From Planctomycetales bacterium (lineage in GTDB: Bacteria; 4484-113; JAFGCY01): DNA of 32,000 bases. Made by a program: the position numbers and the translations under genes. Positions within the stretch are counted from its first letter, which is position 1; every line of letters starts with the position of its first letter. Below are positions 24,199 to 31,988 of the stretch, piece after piece. The notes beneath the pieces were generated by a model. The model did no database searches and had not been told where the DNA came from. It was given only the letters and a program-made list of their open reading frames with translations. Location: positions 1,050,001 through 1,082,000 of the forward strand of contig CP060262.1 in the NCBI GenBank assembly GCA_022646745.1. The letters run 5' to 3'.

Positions 24199-24315
24199 TT
24201 CATCTCTCCATACCGGCCGGGGCTCTGTGGACCCACGGCTGCATTGCTCCCATGCGGGGCATGCGAAATATACGTGTTTCGGCCGTGCCCGGCTGGGAAT
24301 TCCATGCTTCGGCAG

Positions 24316-24352
24316 GTGACATGCCGTGACATCCAGCGCGGCAGGGTGACAT
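24316..24352 (-). promoter_or_regulatory. Three phased direct repeats (plus-strand GTGACAT) upstream of paralog 3, in the divergent spacer shared with yebC
   Basis: GTGACAT at 24316, 24326 and 24346 (offsets 10 and 20 bp), 118-154 nt upstream of the paralog 3 start codon. Confidence 0.5.
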
Positions 24353-24520
24353 TTCTGGGGATCCGCCTGCAGCTCGGTGCTGGCGCGGCAGAGGGTCATG
24401 TAGGCTGCCCGATGGCCCGGCGGCCGGGAGGCCAAGTTATAATTAGCATCTCCACCCGCCGGCTGAAGCAGCTTGCAACGCAGCGGTGGTGGAGCAGATT
24501 GCGAACAAGAGGTAAGGAAC

Positions 24521-25282
24521 GTGTCAGGTCATAATAAGTGGAGTTCAATCAAGCACCGCAAGGGCGCCCAGGATGCCAAGCGTGGCGCGATCTTCAACAA
24601 GATCATCCGCGAGCTGGTGGTCGCGGCCAAGGAAGGCGGTGCCGACCCGGCGGTCAACTTCTCCCTGAGCGCGGCGATTGAAAAGGCCAAGGCGGCCAAC
24701 ATGCCCAAGGACACCATGGAGCGCGCCATCAAGCGCGGTGCCGGCGGCAGCGACGGAGAGAACTACGAGCGCATCAGCTATGAGGGCCGAGGACCGGCCG
24801 GGACCGCGATGATCGTGCACACCCTGACCGACAACAAGAACCGCACCGTGGCCGACCTGCGCAACATCTTCAAGAAGGGCGGCGGCGAGCTCGGGGTTGA
24901 TGGCAGCGTGGCCTGGATGTTCGAGCGCAAGGGCGTGATCAACCTCGAGAACGGCGGGTTCTCCGAGGATGAGCTGATTGAGGACTGCCTCGAGGCCGGT
25001 GCGGAGGCCTACAAGGTCGATGGCGATGTGATCGAGGTGACCTGCGAGGTGGACGACCTCGAGGACGCCAAGCAGTGGTTCCGCGGCAACGGCAAGTACA
25101 AGATGCAGTCCAGCTCCGTGGCGATGGTCGCCAAGGACGCGGTTGACATCACGGATGCCTCATCCGGCAAGCAGGTGTTCCGCCTGCTGGAACTGCTGGA
25201 TGACAATGACGACGTGCAGATGGTGTTCAGCAACTGGAGCATGAGCGACGAGCTGATGGAGCAGATCGCGAGCGAGGGCTAG
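24521..25282 (+). CDS. yebC: YebC/PmpR family DNA-binding regulator / translation-associated factor
   Basis: GTG start with an AGAGGTAAGGA SD. N-terminus SGHNKWSSIKHRKGAQDAKRGAIFNKIIRE is the family hallmark. Confidence 0.9.
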   Translation: MSGHNKWSSIKHRKGAQDAKRGAIFNKIIRELVVAAKEGGADPAVNFSLSAAIEKAKAANMPKDTMERAIKRGAGGSDGENYERISYEGRGPAGTAMIVHTLTDNKNRTVADLRNIFKKGGGELGVDGSVAWMFERKGVINLENGGFSEDELIEDCLEAGAEAYKVDGDVIEVTCEVDDLEDAKQWFRGNGKYKMQSSSVAMVAKDAVDITDASSGKQVFRLLELLDDNDDVQMVFSNWSMSDELMEQIASEG

Positions 25283-26232
25283 TCGCGCCCGAGCCTGTCC
25301 GCCAGTTCAGCCTGCAGTTGCGCGATCGCCTGCCAGCGCCCGGTCTCCCCGGAGATAACCTGTGCCGCCAGGCTGCCGAGCTTTTCCTTCAGTTCCCCGT
25401 CCAGCAATGCGCTGACACTGCTGCGCACGGTGAACTCCAGCTCACGTTGCATGCGGCGCTGACGCGCTGCATGGTCCTGCGGCAGCGCGGCCAGCCAGCT
25501 GCGGTGGGCTTCCATCGCGTCCACCAGTGCATCTGCCCCCTGGCCGCTGCTGGCCACCATGCTGAGCGCCGGCCGCTGCCAGTTGCCCGCGGCGGGCATG
25601 TCCATTGCCAGTGAATACTCGATTTCCTTCAGCAGGGTGTCAGCCCCCGGCCGGTCGGCCTTGTTGACAACGAAGATGTCACCCAGCTCGAGGATGCCGG
25701 CCTTGATCAGCTGGATCCCGTCCCCACCCTCCGGCGAGAACAATGCCACCACCGTGTCCGCCAGGCTGACTACGTCGTAGCCGGTCTGGCCGACGCCGAC
25801 GGTCTCGATCAGGATGCGCGTATAGCCCGCGCTCTCCAGCACACTGGCGATCACGCTGGCCTGCGGCGTGATCCCGCCCAGGCTGCCTCGCGAGCCGATG
25901 CTGCGGATGAACACACCGTCGTCATCCTGCTGCGGGGCCAGCCGCAGGCGGTCGCCAAGCAGCGCTCCACCGCTGAAGGGGCTGGTCGGGTCAACCGCGA
26001 TCACGCCGACGCGCTCATCCCGCGCGCGTAGCTCGCGGATCACTGAATGCAGCAGGGTGGACTTGCCGACGCCTGGGCTGCCGGTGAAGCCGATGCGTTG
26101 CACGGCAAGCTGCGGGGCAGGCAGGGAGACGAGGATGTCCGGCACTTCTGCCGGGTTGCGCTCAAGACGGCTGAGCAGGCGGGCCAGGCGGCGCTGCTCG
26201 GCCAGCGGCTCAGCGCCGGTCGGCACAGGCAT
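25279..26232 (-). CDS. meaB: MeaB/ArgK-type G3E-family GTPase
   Basis: P-loop GFTGSPGVGKSTLL. Switch and NKxD-like motif (VVNKADR). ETVGVGQ motif. The start is uncertain (ATG 26232 or 26283). The stop overlaps the yebC stop (CTAG). Confidence 0.8.
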   Translation of the reverse strand: MPVPTGAEPLAEQRRLARLLSRLERNPAEVPDILVSLPAPQLAVQRIGFTGSPGVGKSTLLHSVIRELRARDERVGVIAVDPTSPFSGGALLGDRLRLAPQQDDDGVFIRSIGSRGSLGGITPQASVIASVLESAGYTRILIETVGVGQTGYDVVSLADTVVALFSPEGGDGIQLIKAGILELGDIFVVNKADRPGADTLLKEIEYSLAMDMPAAGNWQRPALSMVASSGQGADALVDAMEAHRSWLAALPQDHAARQRRMQRELEFTVRSSVSALLDGELKEKLGSLAAQVISGETGRWQAIAQLQAELADRLGRD

Positions 26233-27460
26233 AGTGGTAGACGCACTGGTCGCCGTCGTCACTGACGTAGATGTCGTTGCCATCCGGCGAGATCGTGATC
26301 GCCCGCGGGGAGTTCAGGTCACCCAGCCCGAAAGCGCCGATGCGGTTGAAGTGGTCGTCAAGGATCGCCACCTCGAGGCGCGAGCTGTCCAGCACATACA
26401 TCTGCCCGTCGTTGTCATCGATCGCGATGTCCAGCGGCACGGCAAAGCGCAGTTCGCCGTCGCGGCGCACACCGGGCAGGGTGCGCACCAGGCTGTTGCG
26501 CCGGGTCTGGTCACGGCCGCTGGCGTCGTAGATCTGGATCCGGGCGTTGCCACTGTCGCAGACCACCAGCTTGTCGAATCCGAAGTCCATCCCGCCAACG
26601 CGTGAATACTCACCCGGGGCCTGGCTGGTGCGCTGCCACTGGGCCATCAGCGAGTTGTAGCGCCGGTGCCCGAAGTAGCTTTCCTTCGTGCGCAGGATCT
26701 CACCGTACTGCGTGGAGTTCGTCGGGAAGCCGATCTTCCATTCCGCCGGGTTGTTACCGTCCCGCTCGCACCAGTAGGTCGCGTTGCCCTCCGGCTCGCT
26801 GAGGAACACCTGCTTGCCTTCGGCGGCGATGTAGCCGGGCCAGATGATCGAAGTGATATTGAAGCGGCCCACGCTGCCGTCGTTGCCAAACCACAGGAGC
26901 GATGCCTTGCGGTTGTCACCCTGCCGGTCGCCGGTGCGCAGCATGTCAGCCATGTACCAGCCATCCGGGCTGATCTCCACGTCGGCAGCCTGGAAGATGC
27001 CGCGGTACTTGTCACGGAACAGCGGGCCAAGGATGTCATTGAAGCGCGGGATGTCCTTGGTGACCATGCTGTCCTCGAGGTAGAACTCGATGTCGGTCGG
27101 CAGCACCTCGCGGATCGGGATGCCTGTGCCGATGTTGCGCAGGTGCTCGCCATCCCGGCTGAAGACCTGGATGCGGCTCAGGCCCGTATCGGTGACGAAG
27201 ACCTCATCCTCACCTGCGCTCAGGCCCGCTATCTCAAGGAATCCACCGTCGCTGTACTCCTTGAGCCAGGGGTTGGGCTGGCTCGGGTTAAGCTGCTCAG
27301 CCGGTTCGCCGAAAGTGCCGGCGAGCTTCCATTCGACACGCGCGCCAGCAGGCAGATCATTCGCCGCGGGCTTGATCTCCACTTCCAGGGGCTGCATTCC
27401 CGCACGCATCAGCAGGAGTACGACCGCCAGGACCAGCATGCTGATTGCCAGGTTCCTCAT
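26210..27460 (-). CDS. Secreted or membrane-anchored NHL-repeat beta-propeller protein
   Basis: N-terminal signal/anchor (ISMLVLAVVLLLM). NHL-type blades (VFVTDTGLSRIQVFSRDG, LVVCDSGNARIQIYDASG, MYVLDSSRLEVAILD, IYVSDDGDQCVYHY). The start ATG overlaps the upstream stop (ATGA). Confidence 0.75.
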   Translation of the reverse strand: MRNLAISMLVLAVVLLLMRAGMQPLEVEIKPAANDLPAGARVEWKLAGTFGEPAEQLNPSQPNPWLKEYSDGGFLEIAGLSAGEDEVFVTDTGLSRIQVFSRDGEHLRNIGTGIPIREVLPTDIEFYLEDSMVTKDIPRFNDILGPLFRDKYRGIFQAADVEISPDGWYMADMLRTGDRQGDNRKASLLWFGNDGSVGRFNITSIIWPGYIAAEGKQVFLSEPEGNATYWCERDGNNPAEWKIGFPTNSTQYGEILRTKESYFGHRRYNSLMAQWQRTSQAPGEYSRVGGMDFGFDKLVVCDSGNARIQIYDASGRDQTRRNSLVRTLPGVRRDGELRFAVPLDIAIDDNDGQMYVLDSSRLEVAILDDHFNRIGAFGLGDLNSPRAITISPDGNDIYVSDDGDQCVYHYACADRR

Positions 27461-28158
27461 GCGCTGCCGTCCACGATTATATGCCCATCCCCGTAGCTGA
27501 TCTTCTCGATCTGCAGCTCGAACTCATAGCCAAGCTGGGCCTTGGCCCGCTCAATATCCTTCTTCGAGCGCGCCGCGAAGGCCTTCAGGTCATACACGGG
27601 ATTGACTTCCTTCTCGATCAGCGCATTCAGGCCAGCCGGCATCTGCATGCCGGACAGCTGGCTCTGGTCTATGTGGAACACCAGCTGGCTGCCATTCTCC
27701 ACCCCGAGTGTTCCGCGCACGGAATATGGGATCTTCAGGGCCAGTAAATGGTGGTTGCCGCTCAGGGTCAGCCCCTTCTTATCAATTGAAATGCTGGCGT
27801 CGCTGAGCTTCTGCACATGGCTGCGCAGCGCATCCGTCAGGTCGCCCTGCTTAATGTTGGCTACGAATTCCAGCCCGTCCATCGTGATCCGGCCCTTGTC
27901 ATCATGGTGCAGGCGGCTGACATCGATGCTGGCCTCGTGGATCAGCAGGGGCTCCAGCGTCAGTTCAGAGAAATTGAACTGGATGCCGCCGATCTCATCC
28001 ACCCTGCAGTCCTCGCAGGCGACCAGCACTTCGTCCATCGGGACCGGCTTCTTTGCCTCGACGGCTTCAGTTAGCAGTTTCGCGAAGGTCTCGTCGTCCG
28101 CCCCCGTGCCGAACAGGCCGGCGAGGGTGACAAGCAGGATTGCAATCAGGTCAGCCAT
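27457..28158 (-). CDS. Hypothetical membrane-anchored protein, possibly DUF2993/LmeA-like
   Basis: ORF trimmed to ATG 28158, which overlaps the tmk stop (ATGGCTGA). It has an N-terminal anchor (LIAILLVTLAGLFG). The family assignment is from memory of overall sequence character only. Confidence 0.5.
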   Translation of the reverse strand: MADLIAILLVTLAGLFGTGADDETFAKLLTEAVEAKKPVPMDEVLVACEDCRVDEIGGIQFNFSELTLEPLLIHEASIDVSRLHHDDKGRITMDGLEFVANIKQGDLTDALRSHVQKLSDASISIDKKGLTLSGNHHLLALKIPYSVRGTLGVENGSQLVFHIDQSQLSGMQMPAGLNALIEKEVNPVYDLKAFAARSKKDIERAKAQLGYEFELQIEKISYGDGHIIVDGSA

Positions 28159-28864
28159 GCTGGCCTCCCTGCATCTCCTGCACCCTTTCCATGACCTGCC
28201 TGTGTATGGCCTCCACGTCCTGGGAGGCATCGAGCACATGGAAGCGCTGTGGCTCAGCCCGGGCCAGCTCGCTGAAGATCTCGTGCACGCGGCTGAAATA
28301 AACGGTGTCGCGCTGCTCAATGCTGTCCAGTTCAGTGGATTCTGCATTGCCGCCACCAGCTGCAGGCTTCTTTGCCCCACGACGGCGCAACAGTGCCTGC
28401 ATAGGATCAAGCGCCAGCAGCACGGTCAGCTCAGGCTTGAGCCCGCCGGTTGCAATCGTGTTGAGTTGCCTGATCAGTTCCATGTCCAGTTGGCCGAGCG
28501 CGCCCTGGTAGGCCAGGCTGCTGTCAGCGAATCGGTCCAGCAGCACCCACGCACCCCGCGCTAGTGCAGGACGGACCAGCTCACTGACCAGTTCGGCTCG
28601 AGCGGTTTCGAAGGCCAGCAGCTCCGCCAGCGAGCTGTGGAAAGTTCCGGCCTTGATCAGGCTGCGCAGGGATTCGCCGGCGGATGTCCCGCCCGGTTCG
28701 CGCAGGCTGATGACTTCCATCCCGCGGCTAGTGAGTGCCTGCTGCAGCAAATCTATCTGGGTGCTCTTGCCCACGCCATCAAGGCCTTCAAAACTGATCA
28801 ACTGTCCGTTCAACAAGCTGAGTTTACCTGCATGCGCTTGTTTGTCCCTTGATGTCCCCGGCAA
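28151..28864 (-). CDS. tmk: Thymidylate kinase
   Basis: LISFEGLDGVGKSTQ P-loop, REPGGT motif and DRFADSSLAYQG (DRY-like) motif. The N-terminal extension length is uncertain. Confidence 0.85.
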   Translation of the reverse strand: MPGTSRDKQAHAGKLSLLNGQLISFEGLDGVGKSTQIDLLQQALTSRGMEVISLREPGGTSAGESLRSLIKAGTFHSSLAELLAFETARAELVSELVRPALARGAWVLLDRFADSSLAYQGALGQLDMELIRQLNTIATGGLKPELTVLLALDPMQALLRRRGAKKPAAGGGNAESTELDSIEQRDTVYFSRVHEIFSELARAEPQRFHVLDASQDVEAIHRQVMERVQEMQGGQHG

Positions 28865-28906
28865 ACTCAGCGGCGAATGAGAGAATTATCTGAATTGAAG
28901 GTATAG

Positions 28907-28922
28907 TGATAACGTCATATCA
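28907..28922. promoter_or_regulatory. Candidate Zur/Fur-family operator in the tmk / metal-ABC divergent spacer
   Basis: TGATA-ACGTCA-TATCA inverted repeat, directly abutting a -10-like TATAGT (28902-28907), about 50 nt upstream of the substrate-binding protein gene. Confidence 0.35.
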
Positions 28923-28971
28923 TTAGACAGCGCAGTTGACTTGCGCTACCGTATAAAGGGGCCGAACTGCC

Positions 28972-29925
28972 TTGAATACCAAGGTCATCATAATTTCAGC
29001 CGCAATTGCCCTCCTGGCGATGGCATCCTTCGGCTACTACAAGTACGAGCAGCACCAGCGGGAGCTGGAGCAGCTTGGTCCCACATGCGCAGCCATGAGC
29101 CAGCCCTGCTTCGTAGCCACAATTGCCCCGCTGGCTGCCATCCTGAACGAACTGGCCGTGGGCCGTGCGGAAGTGATCACCATGCTGCCACCCGGTGCCT
29201 CACCGCATACCTATGAACCCAAGCCTTCGGACCTGCGCAGCGTGATGCACGCCGGCGCATTCTTCTATGTTGATGACAAGCTCGACGGCTGGGCCGCCGA
29301 CCTGCCTGCCAAGAAGAAGATCAATGTGCTTTCCCTCGTGCCCGAGGACTGCCTGCTGACGATGGAAACCGCCTGTTGCCCCTCCGAGCATGAGGAAGGC
29401 GGGCACCACCACGACCCCGTGATTGACCCGCACTTCTGGCTGGATCCCTGCGTGGTGCGCAACACGGTCCCGCAGCTGGTCAGCATCCTGTCCGAGCTTG
29501 ATCCCAACGGCAAGGACATTTACCAGGCGAACGCCGACGCCTTCCGCGAGCACCTCGTGGACGTTGACCGGCAGGTGCGCGCGCTGGTCGGCCCGCTCAA
29601 GGGCAGCAAGGTGGCCACCACGCACCCGAGCTTCCAGTACCTCTGCGATGAGTATGGGCTGGAAGTGACGATGGTGGTGATGGACAGCCCCGGCAAGGAG
29701 CCATCCCCGAAACAGATGGAGAAGCTGTCCCGCGAGGCGAAGGAAAAGGGTGTCAAGGCGATCTACAGCGAGCCGCAGATCCCGCGCAGCGCTGCTGAGA
29801 TGCTTTCCAAGGCCAGCGGCGTGCCGCTGTACGAGCTTGATCCGGTCGGCGGCTGTGATGAACGCTGTGACTATGACGAGCTGATCCTCTATAATGCGCA
29901 GGTACTGGCGGCCAGCCTTAAGTAG
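28972..29925 (+). CDS. znuA: Metal ABC transporter substrate-binding protein (ZnuA/TroA cluster 9)
   Basis: TTG start and a signal/anchor helix. Metal-ligand motifs HTYEPKPSD, DPHFWLDP and HPSFQYL. The His/acidic loop SEHEEGGHHHD favours zinc, but Mn/Fe is not excluded. Confidence 0.8.
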   Translation: MNTKVIIISAAIALLAMASFGYYKYEQHQRELEQLGPTCAAMSQPCFVATIAPLAAILNELAVGRAEVITMLPPGASPHTYEPKPSDLRSVMHAGAFFYVDDKLDGWAADLPAKKKINVLSLVPEDCLLTMETACCPSEHEEGGHHHDPVIDPHFWLDPCVVRNTVPQLVSILSELDPNGKDIYQANADAFREHLVDVDRQVRALVGPLKGSKVATTHPSFQYLCDEYGLEVTMVVMDSPGKEPSPKQMEKLSREAKEKGVKAIYSEPQIPRSAAEMLSKASGVPLYELDPVGGCDERCDYDELILYNAQVLAASLK

Positions 29926-29943
29926 GCCGCCGGGTTTGCGCCT

Positions 29944-30681
29944 GTGCTCAACGTTGACTCCCTGACAGTCCGCTACGGCAAGCTGACCGCGCTCGACAGC
30001 GTCAGCTTTGCGCTGGCCGGCGGCGAGTTCCTCGCGGTCGTCGGGCCCAACGGCAGCGGCAAGTCCAGCCTGCTCAAGTGCCTGCTGGGCCTGGCCCCCT
30101 TCCAGTCCGGCAGCATCAGCCTGCTCGGGCATGCCCCGGATGAGCTGCCCAGTGAAAAGATCGGCTATGTGCCGCAGGTCAAGACCCTCGACCTGAGCTT
30201 CCCCGCATCATCCTGCGAGCTGGTTGCCAGCGGCCTGCGCCGGCGCTGGCCCTGGAAGATCGGCAAGCAGGAGCACGAACGGGCGGAGGCCGCCCTGCGC
30301 CAGGTCGGCATCGGCCACCTCTCACACCGCTCGCTGGCGGCACTGAGCGGCGGTGAGCTGCAGCGGGTCTACCTGGCCCGCGCGCTGGCGCGCCAGCCGC
30401 AGCTGCTGGTGCTGGATGAACCAGCCACCGGCATCGATGCCACCGCGGAGCAGGACATGTACGACATCCTCGAGCGCGTCAACCGCGAGCAGGGCGTGAC
30501 GATCATCATGGTCACGCATGACTGGCTGGCGGCGCGGCACCACTGCAGCCACGCACTGCTCTTGAAGAGCCGCATGATCAGCTTCGGCACAAGCCCCGGA
30601 GCGCTCAGTGACGAGAACATGGCAACGGCCTTCGGCCACAGCGGCCACCGCCACAGCCCGGAGGGCCACAGCCATGGATAA
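29944..30681 (+). CDS. znuC: Metal ABC transporter ATP-binding protein
   Basis: Walker A GPNGSGKSS, signature LSGGELQRV, Walker B LLVLDEP and a His-rich tail GHSGHRHSPEGHSHG. Confidence 0.85.
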   Translation: MLNVDSLTVRYGKLTALDSVSFALAGGEFLAVVGPNGSGKSSLLKCLLGLAPFQSGSISLLGHAPDELPSEKIGYVPQVKTLDLSFPASSCELVASGLRRRWPWKIGKQEHERAEAALRQVGIGHLSHRSLAALSGGELQRVYLARALARQPQLLVLDEPATGIDATAEQDMYDILERVNREQGVTIIMVTHDWLAARHHCSHALLLKSRMISFGTSPGALSDENMATAFGHSGHRHSPEGHSHG

Positions 30682-31492
30682 CATGGTGCTGATCTTCATC
30701 CGGATCGTGGCCTGCGGCATGCTGATCGGCTTCAGTGCCAGCTACTACGGCGCATTCGTCGTGCAGCGCGGCATGAGCTTCCTTGGCAACGGCCTGGCGC
30801 ATGCGGCCTTCGGTGGCGTGGCGCTCGGCATTCTGCTGGGCAGCGAACCGCTGTGGGTGGCCCTGCCCTTCACGGTGCTGGCGGCGATCGGCATCAACTG
30901 GCTCAAGGAACACACCCGCCTCGCAGCTGACAGCGTGATCGGCCTGTTCTTCGCGTTGTCAATGGCAATGGGCATCATCTTCCTTTCGCGCGTGCAGACC
31001 TACAGCCAGGATGCGATGACCTACCTGTTCGGCAGCCTGCTGAGCGTCGGCATGACCAACATGGAACTGTACATCTGCCTCGCGCTGACCGCGATCACGA
31101 TCTGCACCTTCCCGCTCTGGCCACGCTGGGCCTACTCCACCTTCGACCGCGAAAGCGCGCGGATCGACGGCCAGCATGTGCGCCGCGAGGACTACCTGCT
31201 GAGCATCCTGATCGCCGTCACGGTTGTGGTCGCCGCCAAGCTGGTCGGCATTGTGCTGCTGTCAGCCTTCCTCGTGATCCCGGCAGCCGCAGCCCGGCTG
31301 ATCTCCGCCAGCTTCGCGATGATGACGACGCTGTCAGTGGTGATCGGCGTGTTCAGCGTGGCAATCGGTTTCGCCCTGAGCTATCAGGCGGACATGCCGA
31401 CCGGTGCCTGCGTGGTGATGACGCAGATCCTCGTGTTCGCGCTGATGTTCGCTATGAACAAGCGCGGCGTCAGATGGCCTCGGGAAATGTAG
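30674..31492 (+). CDS. znuB: Metal ABC transporter permease (ABC-3 family)
   Basis: ATG 30674 overlaps the znuC stop (ATGGATAA). Multi-pass membrane protein with ABC-3-like sequence (GNGLAHAAFGGVALG..). Confidence 0.8.
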   Translation: MDNMVLIFIRIVACGMLIGFSASYYGAFVVQRGMSFLGNGLAHAAFGGVALGILLGSEPLWVALPFTVLAAIGINWLKEHTRLAADSVIGLFFALSMAMGIIFLSRVQTYSQDAMTYLFGSLLSVGMTNMELYICLALTAITICTFPLWPRWAYSTFDRESARIDGQHVRREDYLLSILIAVTVVVAAKLVGIVLLSAFLVIPAAAARLISASFAMMTTLSVVIGVFSVAIGFALSYQADMPTGACVVMTQILVFALMFAMNKRGVRWPREM

Positions 31493-31501
31493 GCACAGCT
31501 T

Positions 31502-31589
31502 GCAGAATCAGAATGAGAAGCAGCAAACTGATATCAGGGACTTGTTGGTAGTGTGCTGGACAGTAGCAGAATCAGAATGAGAAACAGCA
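31502..31589 (+). repeat. 24-nt direct repeat pair with hexamer-like internal periodicity
   Basis: GCAGAATCAGAATGAGAA(G/A)CAGCA at 31502-31525 and 31566-31589 (23/24 identical), in the convergent spacer between znuB and the four-helix-bundle gene. Confidence 0.8.
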
Positions 31590-31604
31590 GAAGCAACACA
31601 TGTA

Positions 31605-31988
31605 TCAGTTGCTGACATTCCAGCCAGATTTATCCGGAGACAACTTCAGCCGCAGGCTATAAAGCATTCTGCAAACTTCATCCAGTAGTTCCATGCTTGC
31701 TTTCAGGTCACTCTCCGCATTGATGTAACCAAATTCCTTACCCAGAATCAGGAGAGTTTCGACTTCGCGAGCGGACCCCAGAGCAATTGACACGAAGTGA
31801 GCATAATCCTTTGAGGATGACCTGCCATTTCCCTCGGCAATATTTGCCGGAATCGAAACACAGGCGCGGCGCAGTTGTGAGGTCAATCCATAGGTCTCCT
31901 CCTTAGGAAACTCCCTGGACAGGATGTACACCTGTTTGGACAGCTGAATTCCCTTCTGCCAGACTTTCAGATCCTTGTATGTACCCAA
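31605..31988 (-). CDS. Four-helix-bundle protein of the 23S rRNA-intervening-sequence / Avd-like family
   Basis: TTG start with an AGGAG SD 7 nt upstream. Hallmarks YKDLKVWQK..L, FPKEE.YGLTSQLRRA.VSIPANIAEG and E.ETLL.L. Visibly AT-richer than its neighbours. Confidence 0.8.
   Translation of the reverse strand: MGTYKDLKVWQKGIQLSKQVYILSREFPKEETYGLTSQLRRACVSIPANIAEGNGRSSSKDYAHFVSIALGSAREVETLLILGKEFGYINAESDLKASMELLDEVCRMLYSLRLKLSPDKSGWNVSN

Noticed and set aside
31493-31604. The spacer downstream of the Avd-like gene as a DGR template repeat
   Set aside because: No reverse transcriptase follows, because znuB converges here. No matching variable repeat is visible in the window. The A-richness comes from the hexamer-like direct repeats.
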